Assembly: GCF_026571515.1 (NCBI RefSeq)
Contig: NW_026862309.1
Coordinates: 248,001 to 312,000, forward strand
Reading direction: 5' to 3'
DNA length: 64,000 bases
DNA from: Ruditapes philippinarum
Taxonomy: Eukaryota
Part shown: piece after piece, positions 54,301-64,000 of the stretch
Layout: every line of letters begins with the position of its first letter
How positions within the stretch are numbered: position 1 is the first letter of the stretch
Position numbers and translations under genes: made by a program
The notes under the pieces: model-generated
Told to the model about the DNA's origin: nothing
Seen by the model: only the letters and a program-made list of their open reading frames with translations
The model's database searches: none

Positions 54301-57300
54301 TATAAGTTAGTTTGTTTTTTTCAGGTCAAATTTACACAGAGATGCTCAAACATTATGGGATAAACTGATGGAGCATTTTATTCTTCTTGTAAAGAATCGT
54401 GTGATGGGGACACGTGAAGTGGCTCATGTGTTTGTACCTTGTCTTGTTCATGCTGGTTCAGAGAATCAGGCTAAGGTTATTATTTTATCTGGCATTCATA
54501 TTTATATTTAAAATGGTAGAGATTATAAATATGAGCTGTAAAGTTACGCTGGAAATGTTTAAGTACCTGGAGCCCATTACATTAAAAACTATTTGTTATT
54601 AAAAACTATATATAAGCTAAAATTGATAAACATTTATTTAAAATCAATGAGATTGTTACACTATCACTAAGCCTTTATTAAAATGCCTTGCAAATCATTT
54701 GAATAATTATATGTTTCACTATATATTAATTTTCAGCTAATGTCTTTAAAATATATTTCATACCAAAACTGTTTAAAAAAACTTAATTGTTTCAAACAAT
54801 ATTACAAAAACTGTCATAATTTAACTACTTATTACACAAATATAGCAAAAGACCTTTATAAACTTTATAGTTTTCGGGTATATTCGTTCTCATACATTTA
54901 TTTATATTTTGACAATGTATTACTAACATGTTGTATTCATTGTTTGAAATATATGAAAACTAAGTATTGTAGTATTGTATCATGTACATGTAGGTATAAT
55001 TTTTGGTGTATCTAAAGTTTATAATTTTCTGATGGAAGACTATAAAAAGTATCGATAACAATGAATCAAGACCAAGGTGAGTTTTAAGTTATTATAAGGA
55101 TATTGTTATGTGAAAGGACAGATATTACATTGAGAGTTTATGTTTACTGAGATATTGATGTGTTATACAGGCTGTGAGTGTTATAGAGGATATAATAGAG
55201 AATGCTATAGAGAAAGTTGACGGTAAATCATCTCCTGTACCACAAGATAGTTTAACAGTTGATACAGCACGCAGCAGCCAACAGGGTGCAGGTATACATT
55301 GATTTTTCTTCTCTATTGAATCAATTTTGCATGCTTTAATTTTTATTTAAAAAAATGTATTTATATCTGTATATTTTTTAATAAAATAATTTGTATTTTT
55401 TTATTTTTGTTTTTTCTTTAACTATTATGATACAATATGTAGTTAGTGAATTGAAAATATATAACTTATAGATTAACAATTCACCTAAAAGAAGACAGAA
55501 ATGGTAACTTTTTATTTAGAGCTTATGAGTCACTGTTATTCCATTATCCAACATGCATTTTCAGAATTAGCCCGATACTAAAAAACAAATATCCAGGTCT
55601 AGTTTTGGCAGTCAAAAAACCCGTCATCTTAAGCTCATTTACCAGTAAGTCGTAAACATAAATTGATTTTCTTGTTTGACCTTGGCCTATGGCAAACAAT
55701 TTCTACCCATTTTTCAAATAGTTTCATAATCATCCTGTGTTACAGATAAGAGGACAATGTGATGTAACTTGTTTAATTACATTTGTAATTTGTCTAATAT
55801 TTAAAAAATTTTTAGGGTTTATGCGTAAAATATCAGCATACAAGCTATGTATTTACAATCTGCATGGCGTTTGGGTAACGTTAAGAATGGGTATAATAAC
55901 TTTGGTTTCAGTCTACGCTCTATTTCCTGAATTACATCTATTTATCTCTTAGATAATGGTCTGTTCAACAATTGTAAATGAAAAATAGGTCCGATATAAT
56001 AAAATTATATAATTACAATGGGTTAGATTTTATGTACGGGAACTACTTCTCTTCATACAAAATAATGGATAATTTCGGTACCCCATTTGAGGCCTCATAA
56101 GTAAGGGTTATTCTATGTTTAGAACATGATGGAATTTCCATGATTTGTGTTACGAGCCGAATATTGATGTGTAACATTTAAATTTTGGTGAGTGATCGTA
56201 ATAAAAAATAATGTTTAAGTAACTATGATTTTTGTACGGGAACTGCTCGCATGCCAGTATATATATAATTAAGATTTATTACAATATTTACAACTAAAAA
56301 GGAAGGACAAGGAAATGGGTTGAAACTTTACACACTTATTTGAGAGCATTATAGGAGGTCACTGTCTAATACCCATATCCTAACATGGATTTTGACAAAA
56401 TGTAGCCATTTTGTAGCTTAGAAAATTCTACATTATCCAGGCTCTTGTTTTACTATCAAACACACACCCGTCATACTTACAGCTCATGTTACAGTTTAAG
56501 TCTGATATAACTAATAAAATTGAATTTCTTTATTGACACTTGGCCTTTTAGTGGCAACAAATTCTACCCATGCAAATAGTTCAGACTCATCTGTGCTTTC
56601 TGATTGGAGAGAGAGAGAAAAATGTGTTTTTATCTTTACATACATGTATGTAATTTGTCTAAATATTTGAAAAAAATTGTAGGGATATATATGAATATCA
56701 ACCTATCAGGTATACAGTACTGTATTTAACAATCTGCATGGCTTTTGTGAAAGTAACAGTTAAAGAAATAGAGTTATTAATAATTTTGTTGTTTTCAGCT
56801 TTCTTAGAGTAATTAGATATTGTGAAATTTATGTTTATACAACTATCTTAGACAATCATTGTGCATGAAAATTTATTAATACCTGATGCTTCACAAATAA
56901 TTAAGATCATTTTTTTTTTGTAATAATATTAAAGAGTTGTTTAACTTACACGACTTTTGACTTACACTCCTTTGTACTGACATTTGATAATACCAGGTCA
57001 TTCATTTTATTAATAGTATTGAAATACATCTTACACAATCAGTGTGTTTTTTTTGGTCATGCATAAAGTATTAGAAAGTTTGAAAGCTGTTTTGTTTTCT
57101 TTCTGACTAACATTTTATTCTACATGGTTTAAGATATGGTATTTTATTGACTTCTATAGAAGAATATCATAGAAAGTAAGGGGGAAGGTATTTACCTGAT
57201 AATTCTTAGGGTTAAAATGAAACTAACAATGTTGCATGTCTATTATTTCTTACCTTTTGTAGTTTTATATTTTATCACATTTTCAATTTATATATAAAAC

Positions 57301-60300
57301 TGAAGTTTTGACATAGAATAATTGCAGAAAAAGTAAAATCACCTTCTTTGGCGAATTTGCTATGCTATATGTCTCTTTAAAACAAAGAATGATTTTATTA
57401 TAGTATTGGTAATTGATCACAATTTTATTTCAAACCACCAATTAGACTCTAAACAAAAGCCTACGTGGAAAATAATCCACCATAAAACATGCATACTGTT
57501 TCCATTTATTTAGTGAAGTAATATCATATAAAATGTTTTTGAATATGTTTTTTAATCATTAAGCAATTCTTCAGTTTTATGTATTTTCCACAAATATAAA
57601 GTTCATTATTTTGCTAAGGGACAAGTTTTTGTTAGTTTTGCATGTGATTATGATGTTTTATTAGAAGTGTGTAAGTGTTGTGTTTCACCTCTATAGTTCC
57701 TCCCCTGAAGTTTGGCAGTCTTGTTGATAGTAAACCATTCAGTGATGAGGAGTCCAGCATGATCACACAAAGTATGAATACAGATGTACAAAAAATTCCC
57801 TTAAATGGTAAGACAAAAGAATGAATACAGATGTACAAAAAGTTCCCTTAAATGGTAAGACAAAAGAATGAATACAGATGTACAAAAAATTCCCTTCAAT
57901 GGTAAGACAAAAGTATGAATACAGATGTACAAAAAAATCCCTTAAATGGTAAGACATCAGTATGAAAACAGATGTGCAAGACAAAAGAATGAATACAGAT
58001 GTACAAATAATCCCTTAAATGGTAAGACAAAAGAATGAATATAGATGTACAAAAAGTTCCCTTAAATGGTAAGACAAAAGAATGAAAACAGATATACAAA
58101 AAATTCCCTTCAATGGTAAGACAAAAGAATGAATATAGATGTACAAAAAGTTCCCTTAAATGGTAAGACAAAAGAATGAAAACAGATATACAAAAAGTTC
58201 CCTTCAATGGTAAGACAAAAGAATGAATATAGATGTACAAAAAGTTCCCTTAAATGGTAAGACAAAAGAATGAAAACAGATGTACAAAAAGTTCCCTTCA
58301 ATGGTAAGACAAAAGTATGAATACAGATGTACAAGAAAATTCCTTAAATGGTAAGACAACAGTATGAATACAGATGTACAAAATATTCCCTTAAGTGGTA
58401 AGGCAAAAGTATGAAAACAGATGTACAAAAAGTTCCCTTACATTGTATGACAGTTTTATGAATACAAATGTACAAAAGTTTCCTTAAATGGTACACAGAT
58501 GTACAAAAGTTGACAATAGTATGAAAACAGATGTACAAAATTGTCCCTTAAATGGTAAGACAGTCTTATGAAAACAGATGTACAAAGTTGATAACAAATA
58601 GTACAAAAGTTGATAACAAATAGTTGAATTATTCTAATTTATAGATAGCTCTTTGTTTCTATATGGTTCTGTATGCAACACTTTCCTGTCATTAACATAG
58701 GATTGTTACTTATTGTAGAAATTAAATTGTACTTTGGGTGTTAAATTGTAAATTCTTATTTGGTTTGGTGTAACATAGTAAAAAGTACTGTTTTTTTTAA
58801 TATAACGTATACATACACTGATTTTTAGAGATGTGGTTAAAGGTAAAAACTTATATTGTTCACTCTTAATATTGTTATTTGCATGATCTAGATTGAAAAT
58901 CAGATTTTATTTTTGTGATGAATGCATTGGTCATTACTACTTTTTTCATGTATATTCACCAATTTACACTTTTTAATTATCATTCACTACATGCAGTTTG
59001 ATTTGTTTGGTTACATCTGTACATGTATATTACAAAAACAAATTTAATCAGTGTTATGCATTTTAAAGGTTTGATGTTTCAATTGCCTGTGCATTTTTAC
59101 TTTTTTAAAATGTCATCTTACATGAGAAATATATTACAGAAACAGATGCGTATAAAAATCTGATAAGTGGAACACGTCCTGCAGTACGTACAATGAGCCA
59201 TGACGACACAGATAATTCTGATAATGAGTTAGAAAAACAAATAGCTTCTACTCTCTCACCCCGAAGTCACGGAAGGTAGGTGCCCACCTTGCAATAGTTT
59301 CTACTTTATAGTGAAAAATCTCTCCTTTCCTGTTGTCGTATTTCCTTTAGGCACCCTTACTAAATCCCTACATTTCAGTAACATTCTAACCAAACTATTG
59401 AAGTCATCAATGTTTATGATTTAAAATTAGTATTTGTACTTCACATTGAATTATGCAAAAATGTAAAATATTGTGATACAAAAGTAACCTTTCTTTACAA
59501 AAGTATAACTCTTTAACATATTATTATATTCATGCCAGTACTTCTAGAATGTTTCTAATTAAAAAAGTCTGGACTAAATTCATGATGTTTCAAATTTAGA
59601 ATGTGTAGATGATTTGAAGGAGTGGCCTTTACTCAATTTGTGAAATGAACATGCCAAATTCTAAAGTTTTGGAATTGTCCATTTGAAGGAATCTTGACAA
59701 TCAGAGTCTGGTCAGTTTGCACAGGCTAATACAGACTGTTCTGCTGCTGGCATAGACAAGTCATTTGTCTTTAGTGTTTAAAAAGTCAGATACATGTACT
59801 AAATGAGGACTTACATATGATTTCTTCACAATAAAACTGTCTTATCTCAAATTTGTTCTACTTTTATAACAAGAAACTAAACAAAAAGCTTGAACAAATC
59901 TATGAAAAGTTTCTCTAGTTGCTTAAAACTAGCCTCTATTGTGTCCACACAAGCTATTAATGTCTATTCACATGTTTACATGTACTTAAAAAATTGAGAA
60001 ACTTTTAATTTTCTTTTTACACATAGTACAAGTTTTCTCATCACTTTGTAATCATTTAATTTTAACATCACCGTGATACTGTAATGTATATGTTGTAGAG
60101 ATATTTCACCGTATAATGTGTAGTATTTCTTTTATTGACCATTTGAATTCCTACATTGACAGATATTTCTATGTGTAATGTACAAAACAGGGTGAGAAGG
60201 CTGACTATTTATGATTTATTTTGGTTTTGCTATTTTTATAGTCGCAGTTTGTGCATGCTAATTTGATACTTCACTTTTGTAGATTAATTTCAAAAGATAA

Positions 60301-61891
60301 GATAGCCTAGCTTAAAGATTCAGTGGTTACATAATGAGTGTTATTTAAACATTACAAACTATAGTAGTCAGATTAAGAAAATTGAGCAGTTTTAGTGAGT
60401 AGTGCTATACTATAGTTTGTTACCATGGCATTGCTTTATAACTGAATACATCAAGTCATTTAAAAGAATCAATATTTCAGATATGCTTTGTAAGTAAATG
60501 TAGTATAGAAATTTCATAAATCTTGCTTTTTGTACATCATTTAAACAAGCGAAATTACATAAAAATGGACAGGGGATATTTCAATTATTCTTATAATATA
60601 TAGTTACAGTATATTGCTTATATTATTGTATTCTTATAATGAAACATTTATAGCTTTACATATATATATATATATTTCAAATATATATCAGTATACATAT
60701 TTAACACAATGTAAGTTTTACAGCTATTTATAATCAAAGGATGTAGATAATAACTTTAAGATAGATAGTGTTTCACATCATAATAATGACAAGTTTTATA
60801 GTGTATAAAGCTATATCTCTGCTGCCTCCAGTTTATAAAAAAATTATGTTTTGAGTTTTGAAAAGAATAATGCTGGTCGCAAACCCATTATGTTGGTTTT
60901 GTTGTGACGCGGCTCAAAGTGTGTTAAAAAATTTCTATGTTACAACTTATTTGATAATAGACCATAAGGTTATGGAAACAACATCATTACTGCTTTAAAT
61001 TTTTGTATAAAAATCATTAGATAAAGCTGTATACACTTTATTGTGTATATTTTTATAGTGTAAAGGATATTTAATATTCTTGCTTTAATGCATGTTTATC
61101 ATAGACAGTTGAAATATTGTATATCATGATTATATAAACATACATTTCTCAACAATTCAGCATATTTCAAATTTAAGTGACTAAATAGCAAATGACCAAA
61201 ATGTTCGGAATTTTAATTTTTCCAGTTTCTCAACTTAAACAATCAAATGATGTTATAGTTTCACTTTCAATTTAAGTTATTGTATGAAGCTTTTATATTG
61301 TGCAAACATGTATTATCATGATGTACTAGTTTCAACTGGTTGTACAATATTGTAATGTTATGTTATTGTATGTGAAAGGGAGGAGAGGGGGGTATTTCCA
61401 AGTAATGTTATAGGCATTTAAAGGGTAAAAAATTTATAAATCAGTCACTGTTGAAAATTTGGAACAATATAAATATTGTTAACCACACTCATTGTATAAA
61501 TTTCATTTCAGAAACGACATTTGCTTGTAGTTGTAATTGAAAACAAGACATTTTTTTATTAAATATTGATCGGGGAATCTTTCACATACAATTATCAGTG
61601 GCATTACAAAATACTTTCCTCATAATGAGCTTATGTATAGACTATATATCATTTGTAAGTTTTCAGGGCACTCTTCTGTCATTTTCCTGAGCAATACTCA
61701 TTTATTAGTAAATTAGCATTTCATCCTTCTGTTAACATTTACAGTAAACCCCATTCTGACCCTCATAATGATGTTCCCTTTAGTGCCCCCAAAGATGCAT
61801 CACATGATCTGTCACATGATAATGAGCCTCAGTCTGAACTCAGCTCACCATCAGCTGCACCAGTATATGTCCCTACAGGGGTAGAACAAAG
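42320..61891 (+). CDS. KIZ: Centrosomal protein kizuna-like (PLK1S1); 3' end not found
   Basis: GT-AG exons 42320-42384, 47974-48036, 49822-49984, 50390-50737, 51425-51541, 51805-52036, 52227-52410, 52782-52931, 53438-53605, 54325-54475, 55171-55291, 57697-57807, 59140-59275 and 61745-61891 splice in frame (~718 codons, no stop). The N-terminus EYYQKQKDLQDSIIENEQKRKRLEAQLQAYSQSDHKLAKLRAVKLQSYWKRICEDEKRSKQRNAQLL matches my recollection of the vertebrate KIZ N-terminal coiled coil, and PLNETDAYKNL resembles its C-terminal ETxAYxxL motif. Confidence 0.85.
42858..44011. mobile_element. hAT-like non-autonomous element with 6-bp target duplication, interrupted in its left TIR by the MITE above
   Basis: TIRs CAGGGCTCTC / GAGAGCCCTG; TTTAGT at 42852-42857 and 44012-44017; repeated TTTCACGAGTCAAA subterminal motif. 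Confidence 0.7.
42861..43219. mobile_element. hAT-like MITE with 5-bp target duplication
   Basis: TIRs CAGTGTTTTTTT / AAAAAAACACTG; GTCAG at 42856-42860 and 43220-43224. Confidence 0.75.
44760..44946 (-). mobile_element. tRNA-derived SINE (V-domain-like core)
   Basis: Minus strand: A-box TGGCCTAGTG, B-box-like GGGTTTGAGCC, core GTACTGGTT..AGGAAGCTGATTCGCAAGTGATT, and AAAT tail. Confidence 0.6.
45049..47843. mobile_element. Non-autonomous CACTA/EnSpm-type DNA transposon (2.8 kb) in KIZ intron 1
   Basis: ~105-bp TIRs beginning CACTGCGGTATACCGTACCCCGGATATTGCTCGATA (45049-45152 and 47740-47843); 2-bp target duplication AT. Subterminal motif GTAC.G.GTATTGC occurs three times near 45463-45532 and inverted near 47380-47426. 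No transposase ORF. Confidence 0.85.
46867..46996. mobile_element. Inverted fragments of the TRIM terminal repeat, forming a foldback around a tRNA-like segment
   Basis: TGTCACGGTTCAGAACTGTTCACTAATT ... AATTAGTGAACAGTTCTGAACCATGACA, with A-box TAGCTCAGTCGG inside; same family as 19553-19911. Confidence 0.7.
48920..49290 (+). mobile_element. Degenerate HINE/satellite-family fragment
   Basis: Repeated core AGTAGATGACCCCTATT..TTTTGGGGTCAAAG..GTCACA with ~130-bp spacing. Confidence 0.5.
50774..51018. mobile_element. Palindromic (foldback) MITE in KIZ intron 4; a right-end fragment also lies at ~60870-60917
   Basis: TIRs TGAGCCGCGCCATGACAAAACCAACAT / ATGTTGATTTTGTCATGGCACGGCTCA; internal inverted CTGATCAGGATCCATGCTGTTCG / CGAACAGCATGGATCCTGATCAG. 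Confidence 0.85.
57768..58625 (+). repeat. 47-bp minisatellite derived from the KIZ exon 12 / intron 12 junction
   Basis: Consensus aaaagWatgaaWacagatgtacaaaaaRttcccttMaatg|gtaagac, about 17 units including degenerate ones. The first unit is the coding end of exon 12 (SMNTDVQKIPLN). Confidence 0.93.
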
Positions 61892-64000
61892 GTAGTAATA
61901 CATCCATTGTGTGCTTTCATACCTAGTTGTATTAATTTTATCTTAAAAATGCATGTTCTTGTTTTGTTTATTTTCTATTAAAATGTAGCACTGGGGAGGT
62001 TAAACTTGCACCATGTTCATGTTAATAAATACATTGCATCAATTATGAGCATAACATAAAACCTTGCAAAAAGAAATTAAAACTTTCTTTGAATTAAAAC
62101 AAAAACAAAAAAAACACACAAAAAACCAATAACAAATAACAACTTTTTTCTGTTTTGGATGACTATTAGTAGAAGCCATTAATTGAAAGGAAATGCAATC
62201 TGGATATTTCTTGTACATGGTATGAGGTCCTATTTTTATGTCATTGCAAAATGCTGGCACTTGTGTACATGTTTTGTTGGTTTATCCTTGACAGGAGTTG
62301 GACAACAGGACAAAACATCAGAGATGAAAATCCATATGAAATAGTGCTTTAAAATAAAGCATGGTGCTTGAACTTTGTTTCTTTTGGCAGTGATTTGTAT
62401 ATAGAAGCTTGAACTCTTTGCCTGCTTGATTAGCACCAGGTTATCTCATGTCGGGTTATCAAGTGATATCATTGTGGCATAACTTATAGCAATACCCTGT
62501 CACTTATTTTGCTAATATCTTTGATAATTTTTCAATATATGGAAAATAAATATAGTACTATATTCCAGGCAAATATTTTCGAAGTCCAATGGTACAATAA
62601 CTTTTCAATGTGGTTCTTTTACACTTTCTGTTATGCTTGCCTCAAGTATGCAATGTTGTATTATGTTAGTGAAAATATTAGGGTAACATTGTGTCACAAA
62701 TTTGTACATTTAGTATCACTATAAAAAATACAAGAGCAACATTTGAAAGTTACTAACAGTTGCAGTTGAATTTTATTCCTGAAACATATCCAACATTGAT
62801 AGATATATCAAAATGGCATAGCAAATGTCTTTGAAATCATGCTGCCAAAAGTGAAGCAGTGACTCCCAGGCTGTAACTGTAGACTAAAGTCATATGATCA
62901 CACATACTGTTGTTTTCTAATTACTTCCTTCTATATCAGTCATGCTGCTCTTATTTCTTACATGTTTTAATAGCAAATTCCTCAATTATTGTGCATGTAC
63001 AGTAGTTTTATAATTTCAAAAAATGATGTTTTTGTTTAATATTTTTTGTTATCATTGATACAATTTCTTAAAAAAAATTTGGAAAAATGTATTAATGTTA
63101 TAGAAAATAGTAAAAAAAAACTTATAGTTTCAGAAAGTTGTTGATATGTGTAGGGAAGACATTGGAATTTCAATAATTAGTAGAACATAGAAGAACAAAG
63201 AATTGTATAATCTTTATTGAAACATTAAAATTTTAGTACTTTTTCACAAAGACAAAGAAGGATAACTTGAACTAGGGTAGATAATTTTCCTAAACAAGAA
63301 TCATGTTTGCATCAAATTGATGAAAAACAATTTTGTGTTACAATACTTTTTGAATTATCTGCCACTGAAAGCGATTTTTTTTTTTGCTTCTAAATAATTG
63401 ATGAATACAAGAAGTAACTCTTTGTTTTCAATATATATATATTTAATAAAAAGAAGTCAGTATTCATGCAATAAAACACTATTTTCTTTGGATATTCTGT
63501 TGTAAGTTGTTGAGGGGAATTTATTGATATGTCAATGTGACATTTTTTATTGAGAAGCTTCTATTATAAAACACATTTGCTTGTTGTCCAACTCATTTAA
63601 TTGTACATGTTATTATTTTTACATTTTATGCTCAAACTGTAACCTGCGAGTGTATATTACACTAATTTGTTGGATGTTTTAACCAGCACATATTTGCTTT
63701 TTCTTATAACCTGCATTGATTTGCTTTACTTTGTAACCTGCACTAATTTGCTATGCACTGATTAGTACCTGCTAGTGACTATGTTACAATATTATTTGCT
63801 GTACACTGCAACCTGCAGGTGCATTCTACATTTCACACTACAGCCTATATATGACAGGTAACAAATTGTACTGTACATATACAATGTATTTAGTTTCAAT
63901 ATTTTTTAACTAAATAATGTTTAAACATTAAAGTAATTTGGTTATGATATTTTTACAAGGTAATGGGTATTATACTTTTATTCTCTATGGTAAAGTTTTA

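Noticed and set aside
55039-55082. Strong donor AAG|GTGAGT in KIZ intron 10, and similar small candidates at 57160-57175 and 58829-58842
   Set aside because: No good acceptor gives a frame-preserving, stop-free exon, and the gene splices in frame without them.
57763-58538. Several minus-strand repetitive ORFs and the regular spacing, suggesting a repeat protein or CRISPR array
   Set aside because: They are translations of the 47-bp minisatellite. There are no unique spacers or cas genes, and the context is a eukaryotic intron.

Overview
AT-rich eukaryotic genomic DNA with GT-AG introns; the gene and repeat content suggests a lophotrochozoan, probably a bivalve mollusc (inference). I reconstructed five protein-coding genes by hand. 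(1-2) A tandem pair of animal-type GH13 alpha-amylases, each with a Ser/Thr linker and an extra Cys/Trp-rich C-terminal domain. Copy 1 lacks its first exon in the window and has a canonical active site; copy 2 is complete (719 aa) with a remodelled substrate cleft. (3) A 5-exon calmodulin (149 aa, K77R variant). (4) A single-coding-exon 436-aa uncharacterised ORF on the minus strand. (5) A kizuna (KIZ)-like centrosomal gene with at least 14 exons and no stop codon found before the window ends. Introns and intergenic DNA hold many mobile elements: Helentron-type HINE elements (one with a higher-order satellite array), a 5'-truncated LINE inserted in a SINE, a TRIM with tRNA-like terminal repeats, CACTA-, Kolobok- and hAT-type non-autonomous elements, and tRNA SINEs. 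The most unusual structure is a 47-bp minisatellite formed by amplification of a KIZ exon/intron junction, giving about 13 identical 5' splice sites, of which only the first avoids an in-frame stop.
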